This document shows positions 54,586-62,845 of a DNA stretch of 64,000 nucleotides, in pieces. The notes below the pieces were generated by a model. The model was not told the origin of the DNA. It worked only from the letters and a program-made list of their open reading frames with translations, and searched no databases. Origin of the DNA: an uncultured Candidatus Melainabacteria bacterium (GTDB lineage Bacteria > Cyanobacteriota > Vampirovibrionia > Gastranaerophilales > Gastranaerophilaceae). The number at the start of each line of letters is the position of its first letter. Positions within the stretch are counted from its first letter, which is position 1. The translations under genes and the position numbers were made by a program. Location: the NCBI GenBank assembly GCA_947570135.1, contig CANOTP010000003.1, positions 88,197-152,196 on the forward strand. The letters run 5' to 3'.

Positions 54586-54614
54586 TTGAAAATATCCGCT
54601 CGCTAGGTTATAAT
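54586..54614 (+). promoter_or_regulatory. Candidate sigma70-type promoter of pilin gene 54626-55342
   Basis: TTGAAA (54586-54591), a 17-nt spacer, then TATAAT (54609-54614). The -35 sits in the loop of the hairpin GCGGGCGGATAT/ATATCCGCTCGC. The ATG is 11 nt after the -10, with no SD. Confidence 0.45.
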
Positions 54615-54625
54615 TAAGTAATAAT

Positions 54626-55342
54626 ATGAATTTGAATTTTCTTGGGAAATTAAGAGCGTTTACTTTAGCCGAGGTGTTAATCACTCTCGGTGTTATAGGT
54701 GTTGTTTCAGCGATGACTATACCTACTTTGATGTCCAATTATCGTAAACGCCAGTTGGAAACACAAATTAAGGCAGATTTTTCGATAATTCAACAGACGT
54801 TACGTTTTGCCGAAGATGACGGTGTTTCATACAGCATGGCAATATCTGACGGAAGCGACGCCAGTATGAAAGAGTGGTTTGATTCTTTTATTGCACCGCA
54901 TTTAAAGGTTTCGCAGATTTGCTATAACCAACCGGGGTGCTGGCATAAAATGGGTGTTGTCAAATCAATGACGGGTAATCCTCCAAAATACGAAAATAAT
55001 AACGGTATCGGCGGTAATATTATAACTTTTAGGATTACAAACGGTACAATGTTTAATATTGACGGAAATACCGCAGAAGATATGGAATCTTTCGGGTTAG
55101 ATACCACATCAGACGGGTTAACTTTTTATTTTGACGCAAACGGAGAAGGAAAACCCAACCGTGTGGGACGTGATATTTATATTATGGTTTGGTCTGATCA
55201 GGGGTTGGTTCCTGCGGGTTATAACAGAACCCCGCAAGAAGTTGAGTCAAACTGTTTGAGAGGTGACGGTTATTATTGTCTTCAATATTTGGTAACGCAC
55301 GGTTGGGAAATTTCGGATATAGTTTGGAGAAGAAAAGTCTAA
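54626..55342 (+). CDS. Prepilin-type N-terminal domain protein, tail subfamily B (Ala at -1, no HTH partner)
   Basis: MNLNFLGKLRA/FTLAEVLITLGVIGVVSAMTIP at the N-terminus. The C-terminal part reads YFDANGEGKPNRVGRDIYIMVW..CLRGDGYYCLQYLVTHGWEIS. Confidence 0.85.
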   Translation: MNLNFLGKLRAFTLAEVLITLGVIGVVSAMTIPTLMSNYRKRQLETQIKADFSIIQQTLRFAEDDGVSYSMAISDGSDASMKEWFDSFIAPHLKVSQICYNQPGCWHKMGVVKSMTGNPPKYENNNGIGGNIITFRITNGTMFNIDGNTAEDMESFGLDTTSDGLTFYFDANGEGKPNRVGRDIYIMVWSDQGLVPAGYNRTPQEVESNCLRGDGYYCLQYLVTHGWEISDIVWRRKV

Positions 55343-55680
55343 TTGTTTTTCTTTGAACCTGCATTTTGTTTATTCATGCAGTTCCCGAATTGACAATTAG
55401 CGTCGTAAGGTTGTGTTGTTTCTTCCTGAATAGGTTCCATGTTGATGTTATCAGGTAAGCTCGGCTGTCCGAGATTTGTACGATTATTCATTGTGTTATT
55501 TGGTTGAATCATCTTATTTAAACTGTTTGGAAGGATTTTATCGTGCAGTTTATCATTAATCCCTGTACCAATATCTGCTTTGCACACTCCGCCTGCTTGA
55601 TTTATCGGACATGCTGCATTTGCAGGGATTGATGCTGATAAAAACATTAACATTGCTATCGGTATTAAAATCTTTTTCAT
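55339..55680 (-). CDS. Small secreted Cys-containing protein
   Basis: 113-aa ORF with a signal peptide (MKKILIPIAMLMFLSASIPANA). No family recognised. Confidence 0.5.
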   Translation of the reverse strand: MKKILIPIAMLMFLSASIPANAACPINQAGGVCKADIGTGINDKLHDKILPNSLNKMIQPNNTMNNRTNLGQPSLPDNINMEPIQEETTQPYDANCQFGNCMNKQNAGSKKNN

Positions 55681-55738
55681 AACTCATATACCTCCTATAT
55701 TTAGTCTGTACGACCAATATAAAAGATATCAGGCAAGG

Positions 55739-56242
55739 TTACATTGGACGAAAGTTTAATCTTTTCTTACTCTTTCGGGCTTTTTTTAATACATCCTTAA
55801 ACGGTACAATAGGTTCCATTTTGTATCCGCAAGTTTCTGATAAGGTTCCTCCCATTGAAAAAAGTTCTTCTTGCGGGTACCTTCTGCAAATCCCGGGGCG
55901 CCAAAAGTGGATTTTGCATCGCTTCGTTTCAGTGTCAAGGTGCGAGCATTCAAAAATTAACCCGAGTTCGTCTTTGCCGATAATCTTTAAACCAGAATAA
56001 AACTTGTGAAGATATTGGAGTTTTTCAAATTCTTTCTCGTCTTTAAGAACGTGTTTAAAATGTTTAACGTAAATATGTGTACAGCATTGCCCGCAGCCGT
56101 TGCATTTGCCCGTTCTGTAGTAGTGTTTTCTTAATATTTTATGAAGAATAAATTTCCTGATTTTCTCCCACATAACTACATGATAATACAATATTGCGCG
56201 GGGGTTGTTAAGTTTTGTAAATCTTTGAGGCAAAACAGGCAA
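55739..56242 (-). CDS. YkgJ-family cysteine-cluster protein (UPF0153)
   Basis: The exact CxxCxxCC motif (CNGCGQCC) plus a second cluster (C..RCKIHFWRPGICRRYP) are present. The start is uncertain (TTG 56242 or ATG 56173). Confidence 0.6.
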   Translation of the reverse strand: MPVLPQRFTKLNNPRAILYYHVVMWEKIRKFILHKILRKHYYRTGKCNGCGQCCTHIYVKHFKHVLKDEKEFEKLQYLHKFYSGLKIIGKDELGLIFECSHLDTETKRCKIHFWRPGICRRYPQEELFSMGGTLSETCGYKMEPIVPFKDVLKKARKSKKRLNFRPM

Positions 56243-56350
56243 AACTGAATCTTGAGGGTAATTTAATCAAGTACAAGTAAGCAAAACTAATTAACCTTAT
56301 AAATATATAACTGACATAATACTATAACATAACCAAAAATAACCAACCTT

Positions 56351-56375
56351 GACCTCTGACAGAGGTCTTTTTTTT
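56351..56375 (+). terminator. Intrinsic terminator-like hairpin + T8 (no annotated plus-strand gene upstream)
   Basis: GACCTCTG-A-CAGAGGTC followed by TTTTTTTT. On the minus strand the same hairpin is preceded by A8. Confidence 0.55.
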
Positions 56376-56640
56376 GCGGATTTTGCGTAGGGTGATGCGA
56401 AGCAATCCCGTAAGATGCGAGTGTTAAAAATGAATGACGGCGAAAGCGTAATGAATTTTTTAACCGAGCACAGCAAAATCCAAGAGAGCCCGCCGAGCAG
56501 AGCCGCGAGCGGTAGCGAGAGATGAGCACGCATCGGCAAGATGTTGAGTCTTGACGTAAGTGCAAACGATGGCGTTTAATGCGAGGCGGGGAGGATTTTG
56601 CTTAGATACAGAGTCGTGCAGTAGCAAGCAAGCCTCCATT
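56376..56640. ncRNA. GC-rich, helix-rich island: candidate structured non-coding RNA of unknown class
   Basis: There is a sharp local GC increase in an AT-rich genome. Long-range complementarity: GCAAAATCC (56473-56481) can pair with GGATTTTGC at 56378-56386 or at 56593-601, and CCCGCC (56489-56494) can pair with GGCGGG (56585-56590). The only long ORFs are two overlapping Cys/Arg-rich minus-strand frames that look non-coding. Confidence 0.3.
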
Positions 56641-56735
56641 GTTACAAAAATTTAACATTTACTACGCTTGTACTAAAGTTTTTAAAATTTCTGCCGAATA
56701 TATACTTGTAAGGAAACAAAAGGGATACAAATCTA

Positions 56736-57266
56736 ATGAGTCTTAATGTAAATTACAATTCATTATACAAAAACGGAATTGATACATCCGTATTAAAAGA
56801 TGTATCTCAAGAGATTTTACGCCGTGCGGCTCAAAAAAATTCCCAATATACAAATTCTGCTTCCGTTCAACAAGTTAATTCTGTTGCAAAACCTGTTGAA
56901 TTAGGTATTGATTTATACCAAGGCAGAGTTGAAGCAAGTGTTCAAAGACAGATTGCTATGAATAACGCCTTACAGTTTCAGTTTAACGAAGCAACGATTA
57001 ATTCAATTCAGTTTTTAAATTCTCAAGCCGCTGTTGCAAAACGTGTTGACGGAAAGTATATGCCTGTGGTTAACGAGGTTGTAACAGAAATCCAAAAAAG
57101 TACTGAAACTAATTCTGCAGCTCATTTTGTAAGTATTTTTACATCCGCAACTGCTAAAGATAAAGAGGGTTCAAATCCTTTCTATAACGGTGAACTTCTT
57201 ATGGGCGGCAAGAATAAAAAAGAAGAAAACAATGAAACCGAATCATTAAAGAGTATTTTTATATAG
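56736..57266 (+). CDS. Hypothetical protein
   Basis: 176-aa ORF, polar and Q/N/S-rich, with no signal peptide. No family recognised. Confidence 0.45.
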   Translation: MSLNVNYNSLYKNGIDTSVLKDVSQEILRRAAQKNSQYTNSASVQQVNSVAKPVELGIDLYQGRVEASVQRQIAMNNALQFQFNEATINSIQFLNSQAAVAKRVDGKYMPVVNEVVTEIQKSTETNSAAHFVSIFTSATAKDKEGSNPFYNGELLMGGKNKKEENNETESLKSIFI

Positions 57267-57320
57267 ATTTCTCAATAAAATAAAATTTTCCTTATGTTTA
57301 CCTTAACCTATTTTAAATCA

Positions 57321-57348
57321 AATCTTCTTTTTAGAAGATTTTTTTTTA
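57321..57348 (+). terminator. Intrinsic terminator after 56736-57266
   Basis: Stem AATCTTC / GAAGATT with a T-rich loop, followed by a T-run. Confidence 0.55.
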
Positions 57349-57422
57349 TTTAACCCGATTGTCCGATTTATAAAAATCAAAAATGATTTTAGGATATATG
57401 TACATCAGAAAGGGTAGGAAAA

Positions 57423-57884
57423 ATGAAGAATAATTTTTGGTTTATTGTAGCATGTGTATTAGTATTTTTTGTGGGATACAATATGAACGACGCTGCTGTG
57501 TCTTTGCCAAAATACAAAGTTGCAGTGATTGATGTACCTGAGGTTTTGTCGCATTCAAGTGAAATTCAGGACTTAAAACGTGCTCAGGATAAGGAAATGG
57601 AAGAGTTAAATACTTTGATTTCCAAGGCTCAAAACGAACTTATAAATGAGCATGACCGTTCAAAGTTGTTACAAAAAGAAGCCGAATATCGTAAGCAGAT
57701 TGCAACTAAAAAAGAAACTATAGATAAGGAATACAATTCAAAGATTGCAAAGATTAATGATGATATTAAGGTTGTAATCTCGCAAGAGGCGAAAAAATCG
57801 CATTACAATCTTGTGTTACCGACGGGTATTGTAATAACAGGCGGAGATGATATCACGGAAAATGTTGTAAAACACATCAAGTAG
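57423..57884 (+). CDS. OmpH/Skp-like periplasmic chaperone
   Basis: An N-terminal anchor/signal, then a long charged coiled-coil, with beta strands at both ends (KVAVIDV.. and ..YNLVLPTGIVITGG), fit the Skp architecture. Confidence 0.55.
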   Translation: MKNNFWFIVACVLVFFVGYNMNDAAVSLPKYKVAVIDVPEVLSHSSEIQDLKRAQDKEMEELNTLISKAQNELINEHDRSKLLQKEAEYRKQIATKKETIDKEYNSKIAKINDDIKVVISQEAKKSHYNLVLPTGIVITGGDDITENVVKHIK

Positions 57885-57898
57885 TGGTGGGGTAAACT

Positions 57899-58744
57899 TT
57901 ATCCCATTACCCCTGCTGCGTTATATGAACTTCTTACAAGCGGTCCTATTTGATAACGGGCAATCCCGATTGATGAAGCAAGTTTTTTCAACTCTTCGTA
58001 TTCTTCGGGGTTGTAGTATTTACTGACCGGCAGGTGTTCTTTTGACGGTTGAATGTATTGTCCGATTGTTAAAATGTCACACCCTGCGCTTTTTAAATCT
58101 TTGAGAGTTTCTTTAATTTGGTTAAAGGTTTCGCCTAAGCCTATCATAAGTCCTGATTTTGTTATGATATCGCTGTTTTCTTTTATGTATTTTAAAACGG
58201 AAAGCGAATTATCATAATTCCCTTGCGGGCGGGCTGTTTTAAATACTTCTCTGACGGTTTCAATGTTGTGGTTGAATACGTCAGGATGAGCGTTAATTAT
58301 TATACCTAAAGACTCTTTTTTGTTTTTAAAATCAGGAGTAAGAATTTCTATTTTTGTCTCGGGTGAAGTTTCTCTGATTTCTTTTATACAATTTGCAAAA
58401 TGCGCAGCCCCGCCATCTGCTAAATCATCACGGGTAACTGATGTTATTACAGCATATTTAAGCCCAAGTTCTTTTACCGCAGCTGCAATATGTTTTGGTT
58501 CATTCTCATCAAGCGGTTCGGGCTTGTTGCAGGTAATGTTACAGTAACGGCAGTTTCTTGTGCAATTGTTTCCCATAATAAGAAATGTTGCGGTATTTTT
58601 TGTGTAACATTCGTTTTTATTCGGGCATCTTGCGTTTTCACAAACTGTATTAAGACAGTTTGATTTTAAGATTTTCCTTACAGTTCTTGTCTTTTCGGTA
58701 TCTATTATCGGTCGTTTTAAATATTCGGGTAATCTTTCGCGCAT
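57899..58744 (-). CDS. lipA: Lipoyl synthase
   Basis: The radical-SAM CxxxCxxC motif (CTRNCRYC) and the N-terminal auxiliary cluster Cys motif (CENARCPNKNEC) are present. Confidence 0.95.
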   Translation of the reverse strand: MRERLPEYLKRPIIDTEKTRTVRKILKSNCLNTVCENARCPNKNECYTKNTATFLIMGNNCTRNCRYCNITCNKPEPLDENEPKHIAAAVKELGLKYAVITSVTRDDLADGGAAHFANCIKEIRETSPETKIEILTPDFKNKKESLGIIINAHPDVFNHNIETVREVFKTARPQGNYDNSLSVLKYIKENSDIITKSGLMIGLGETFNQIKETLKDLKSAGCDILTIGQYIQPSKEHLPVSKYYNPEEYEELKKLASSIGIARYQIGPLVRSSYNAAGVMG

Positions 58745-58862
58745 TTTTCTCTTTCTTTTGTTTTTATTTATTATATAACAAATTTTTTCATGTTTGATTT
58801 TTATGTAATTACGTTATATAAGTATATTATCAGCAAAATTTATAAATAATAGGAGCAATTCG

Positions 58863-59222
58863 ATGAAAAATTTATTGTTATTATCAGTAATTTTATTAAC
58901 AGCAGGTTCTGTATCAGCAACTGAACCGTTATTGTTAACACCGTTAAGTCCTGCAGTATTGTCAACAACTCCTGCAGCTGTGACAACAACTACGACAACA
59001 ACAGGTACAAACGGCGTTCAGGTTACAACTCCGGGTGCTACAGGTGCAACTTTTACTCCCGTAAGCCAATTAAGCCCGAATATGGTGCCCCAAAATGCCG
59101 CAGCAGAAGGGAAACCAGTTCCTGCTAAACGCCAACCGAGAGTAAGAATCCAGACTAAACAAAGAAGTCAGGGTAATTCATACTGGAACGCAGGTGGCAA
59201 AGGTACAAAATCATTCTTTTAA
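58863..59222 (+). CDS. Small secreted Thr/Pro-rich protein
   Basis: 119-aa ORF with a signal peptide (MKNLLLLSVILLTAGSVSA) and low-complexity TTTTTTTG repeats. Confidence 0.5.
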   Translation: MKNLLLLSVILLTAGSVSATEPLLLTPLSPAVLSTTPAAVTTTTTTTGTNGVQVTTPGATGATFTPVSQLSPNMVPQNAAAEGKPVPAKRQPRVRIQTKQRSQGNSYWNAGGKGTKSFF

Positions 59223-59233
59223 TAAAGGTTTTA

Positions 59234-59269
59234 AAAAGGGGCGAAGCCTTTGGCTTCGCCCCTTTTTTT
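59234..59269. terminator. Bidirectional intrinsic terminator
   Basis: A-run, then stem GGGGCGAAGCC / GGCTTCGCCCC (loop TTT), then T7. Confidence 0.8.
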
Positions 59270-59270
59270 A

Positions 59271-60509
59271 TTAATTGATTTTAAATAATCCGTCAAAGAT
59301 ACCTTCTGAATATGTCGGGTGTGCGAAACATATTTCTTTAAGTTTATCAACGGAAATTTCGTTTTGCATTGCGATAACAATTTGTTGGATAAGCGAAGAG
59401 GCTTCTGCGCAAACTATGTGTGCGCCGACGATTTGGTTATTTTGTACAAGAAGTTTTATGAATCCTTCAGTTTCGTTATCACAGTGGGCTTTGCCAAGAG
59501 AAGAAACAAGAGTCAGTGATTTTTGATAATCTTGTCCTTCTAGATCCTGTTCGCGTTTACCGATCCATGCAATCTCAGGCGTTCCATAGATTACGCTTGG
59601 AGTTAAGTCTTTTTTGTACGGTATATTTTTGATACTTTCTATTGCCTGTTTTATTGCAAAGTGTGCAAGTTGAATTTCCGCTGATGCATCACCTATGTAT
59701 TTAATTCCGTCAATTTTTTCTTTGTGGTTCGGAACTCTGCCTACCGCAGATAGTATCACGTCAGGTGTCAGGACTTCGCCATTTGAAAGCGTAATATTTG
59801 TCCCCTCGATTTTTTCAACAGAAGTTTGGGTGTAGAATTTAATTTTTCGGGTTTTGAAGATTCGCTCTATTCGTTTTGAAACCTCGATATCTGCAAGCGG
59901 AGTTAAGTGTTGCGCAAGCTCAACTATTATTGTTTCAACGCCGAAATTTGAAAAAATTCTTGCCCATTCGATACCAATTGCGCCCGAACCGATTATCAGA
60001 ATACTTTTTGGAAGTGTTGTAAGATTTAGAATGTCGTCAGAAGATAGGATGAATTTATGATCAAACTCAAGTCCTTTGATTTCTCGCGGAGAAGAACCCG
60101 TTGCACAGATGATTTTTTCACAGTTGTAAGTTGTACCTTCCGCGTTTATTGTGTTTTTATCAATAATTTGGGCTTCTGTTTTTACAACCGTTACTTTTGA
60201 GTTTTTTAGGGCCAGTTCAATACCTTTTCTGAGTTTTTCTATTGTAGCATTTTTGCGCTCAATAATTTTTGAATAATAAAGTGTAATGTTTCCCGCGTAA
60301 ATTCCGCAATCTTTGCAGTTTTGAAGCTTGTAATAAAGTTCTGATGCGTGAAGAATACTTTTTGTCGGGATACAGCCTTTATTTAAGCAGACTCCGCCTA
60401 TGTTATCTTTTTCAAAAAGTATAACTTTTTTCCCTGAATTAGCAGCATGAAGTGCTGCCGTGTAACCTGCGGGACCGCCGCCTATTATTCCTAAATTGTA
60501 TTGTTCCAT
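59271..60509 (-). CDS. lpdA: Dihydrolipoyl dehydrogenase-like flavoprotein disulfide reductase
   Basis: GGGPAGYTAA, the redox-active GGVCLNKGCIPTK and C-terminal HAHPTYSE-type (FAHPTYSE) motifs are present. At 412 aa it is somewhat short for the family. Confidence 0.8.
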   Translation of the reverse strand: MEQYNLGIIGGGPAGYTAALHAANSGKKVILFEKDNIGGVCLNKGCIPTKSILHASELYYKLQNCKDCGIYAGNITLYYSKIIERKNATIEKLRKGIELALKNSKVTVVKTEAQIIDKNTINAEGTTYNCEKIICATGSSPREIKGLEFDHKFILSSDDILNLTTLPKSILIIGSGAIGIEWARIFSNFGVETIIVELAQHLTPLADIEVSKRIERIFKTRKIKFYTQTSVEKIEGTNITLSNGEVLTPDVILSAVGRVPNHKEKIDGIKYIGDASAEIQLAHFAIKQAIESIKNIPYKKDLTPSVIYGTPEIAWIGKREQDLEGQDYQKSLTLVSSLGKAHCDNETEGFIKLLVQNNQIVGAHIVCAEASSLIQQIVIAMQNEISVDKLKEICFAHPTYSEGIFDGLFKIN

Positions 60510-60545
60510 ATTTACTCCTCTATTCTGAGCGAAGGGAAAAGACCC

Positions 60546-61691
60546 CTACCCCCTTGTGTAAACCCGCGGCAAGCGGACTTTCAGCCTGCAAGTCAGTTCA
60601 TAATTTATTGTATTTAAAATACTTGCCCAAGTGTCTATTGAATGGTTTTCATCAAGCAGAGTAATGATATCGCCGATTTCGGCTTTAACCCCTGTTATAT
60701 CAAACATCATTTGATCCATAGTGATGTTTCCGACTTGCGGGACTTCAACCCCATTTAAGGTTGCTTTAATCTTGTTTGACAGGAGTCTTGGTACCCCGTC
60801 CGCATAACCTATCGGAACTGTTGCAATTGTTCTGTCACCTTGGGCTGTGTATGTATGGCAGTAGCTTACACCTTCTGTATCTTTTGCGGTGTGGATGTTA
60901 ACTATTCTGCCTTTTAGTGAAATAAGCTGTTTTAATTTAGGCTTTTTAAACTCGATATTCGGAAAATCAGGATATAGCCCGTAAAGACAAATTCCGACTC
61001 TGCGCATGTTGGAGTTTTTTACGTCATAACAAATTGTTCCGACAGAGTTCTGGATATGTAAAAGCAACCCTTCCGTATCGACAGAGTTTATAATTTTGTC
61101 CCATTTTTGGAATTGTTCTTGAGCTTTATCAAGTTCTTCGGCTGCGGCTAGATGGGTGAATATTCCTTGCAGATTTATGAAATCTTTACTTTGAACTTCT
61201 TTTATAAATTCAACTGCGTCTTCTGTTCTGACCCCGATTCTATTCATTCCAGTATCAAGTTTGATATGAACTTTGGGTTTTATTCCTGTGCGCGCGAAAG
61301 CTTGTTCGCAGGCTTTTATGTGGTCTTTTGAAAAGATTGAGATACTTAAGTCGTTTTTAACGGCACTTTCAACCGCCCAAACGGGAACTGCGCCAAGCAC
61401 CAAAATCTCACAATCAATTCCTGCCTGACGAAGGTCAACACCTTCATCAATAGATGCAACACCTAACATATCAATCCCTGTTGCAAGAATGGTAGGGGCA
61501 AGCATTACTGCACCATGGCCGTAAGCATCAGCCTTCACTACTCCTAAAAGCTTTGTTCCTTGCGGAATATTTGAACGGATTTGTTTAATATTATTCTCCA
61601 GGTTAGAAATATTTATCTCAACCCACGCATCGCGGTGGATGTTTATGTTTGTTTGTCTCGTGTTTCTCATAACAATTTTAGTATAAGACAA
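60546..61691 (-). CDS. alr: Alanine racemase
   Basis: The PLP-lysine motif VVKADAYGHG is present and the overall length fits. The start is either the track's TTG at 61691 or ATG 61670. Confidence 0.93.
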   Translation of the reverse strand: MSYTKIVMRNTRQTNINIHRDAWVEINISNLENNIKQIRSNIPQGTKLLGVVKADAYGHGAVMLAPTILATGIDMLGVASIDEGVDLRQAGIDCEILVLGAVPVWAVESAVKNDLSISIFSKDHIKACEQAFARTGIKPKVHIKLDTGMNRIGVRTEDAVEFIKEVQSKDFINLQGIFTHLAAAEELDKAQEQFQKWDKIINSVDTEGLLLHIQNSVGTICYDVKNSNMRRVGICLYGLYPDFPNIEFKKPKLKQLISLKGRIVNIHTAKDTEGVSYCHTYTAQGDRTIATVPIGYADGVPRLLSNKIKATLNGVEVPQVGNITMDQMMFDITGVKAEIGDIITLLDENHSIDTWASILNTINYELTCRLKVRLPRVYTRG

Positions 61692-61719
61692 AATTTCAAT
61701 GCCTGCAATTTTTATTTAA

Positions 61720-62459
61720 TTATTTATAATTTTTTAGGAAATATGCACTGCAGCATCCGACTGAAGGAATTTCCCCCTGACCTTCGGGTCCTGCAAGACC
61801 ATACGGGGAGGTTCGCAGACCGAACTTTTTTCCACATTTACATTCTAATCCGTTTTTCTTTGTACTAAATGTTCCCTGAGTTCCCAGCGGTAGGATTTTA
61901 TCTTCGTAAACTTTTATCAAAAATAAATCTCTTCCAAGTTGATTAGGTTTGCTGTCGGGGGCGTTTACATCAACTCCGCTCCAAGGGTCGCCGTGGTTTC
62001 CGCTTAATATAAGTACGCTGCTGTCTTTTAACAAAAGCCGCATCCGACCGCCTATCGAATATGATACTTTGGATTTGTACATCAATTAACTCTTGTTGAT
62101 CCTATACCAAAAATGTGATGTTGAGCAATAAGGTGCCATAGGGAAGTTAAAACATTACCTGAGATATTTAATTCCTCCATAAAAGCATCTATAAAATTAT
62201 CAGAAAATTGAAAATAAATATCGCCGTATTTACTTTCTCTTTTGCTTGAATCAAGTATGCAATTTGTAAACCTGTAAGGTGAAATATCTCTGTTTAAGAC
62301 CCGTTTATAAGCATCATATACGGTTGCGTATGTTTTCCACCAATGAGCAATATTATGTCGGTCTTGGATTTTATTTATAAGATTAGGTATGGTCATTGCC
62401 GCGACAACCCCGATAATTCCGAGTGTTATTAATGTTTCCGCCAAAGTGAATGCCAGTAT
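61720..62459 (-). pseudogene. Prepilin-like gene, split by a frameshift near 62085 and lacking a canonical start
   Basis: The N-terminal piece ..GRILA/FTLAETLITLGIIGVVAAMTIPNL.. (track 62082-62444) and the C-terminal piece ..GVDVNAPDSKPNQLGRDLFLIKVY.. (track 61720-62085) are in different frames. Upstream of AFTLAE there is no ATG/GTG/TTG before an in-frame TGA. Confidence 0.65.
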
Positions 62460-62503
62460 CCTTCCAGCCTTTCTCTGTCGTTAGTGGCGACATATCATAA
62501 AAT

Positions 62504-62767
62504 ATGTTTATGTGCAACAATTTTAGAAAAGCTTTAGGTAAAAGTCTTAAAAAAATACGAACAGAAAAAGGTTTGACGCAGGAATCGGTTTATTTTGAAT
62601 CTGGGATTTCGCGTTCGCATATTGCGATGATTGAGGTGGGAAAACGTGATATTTCGGTTAGTGCGCAGTTTAAGATTTCAAGAGCTTTAGGAGTTAGGTT
62701 TGGGGCGATTTTTGAGTTTGACGATATTGATAAGTTTAAGTTTGATGTTGAAGAATTGTATAAATAA
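62504..62767 (+). CDS. XRE-family HTH regulator, divergent partner of pilin remnant 61720
   Basis: ..LKKIRTEKGLTQESVYFESGISRSHIAMIEVGKRDISVSAQFKISRALGVRFGAIF fits HTH_XRE. TAAAAT abuts the first ATG, and a third-codon ATG (62510) lies 6 nt after it. Confidence 0.8.
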   Translation: MFMCNNFRKALGKSLKKIRTEKGLTQESVYFESGISRSHIAMIEVGKRDISVSAQFKISRALGVRFGAIFEFDDIDKFKFDVEELYK

Positions 62768-62845
62768 CTTATTCTATCTCATTCAATTGCCCGATACATC
62801 TTTAATCCCCTTATGTTAAAATGACTTTAGCAGAATGGAGATTTT

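Noticed and set aside
56404-56414. A 10-11-nt match (AATCCCGTAAG) between the GC-rich island and the core of the hairpin repeat element (TCCCGTAAGGGATT on the plus strand of copy B).
   Set aside because: A single 10-nt match in 2 x 64 kb is within chance expectation, and no flanking blocks of the element are present.
56287-56565. Two overlapping minus-strand ORFs (92 and 80 aa) across the GC-rich island.
   Set aside because: They overlap each other in different frames, are rich in Cys/Arg/Ser/Leu, and lack an RBS. They coincide with a region whose GC jump and multiple complementary segments are better explained by a structured RNA.
56376-56640. Possible identity of the GC-rich island as tmRNA or RNase P RNA. 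Short resemblances were noted: GGATTTTGCG, GCAAACGATGGCGTTTAA (a 'tag-like' ANDGV*), AGGGTGA..GTAAGA, AATGAATGAC, and GCCTCCA near the 3' end.
   Set aside because: The key universal elements are missing. For tmRNA there is no GGGG..TTCGAC 5' acceptor/D-like end, no GGGTTCGA-TCCC T-arm, and the putative tag is too short and does not end in hydrophobic Ala-Ala. For RNase P there is no GAGGAAAGTCC (P4) or ACAGAA..GGCTTA, the motif order is wrong, and ~265 nt is too short. The matches are probably chance.
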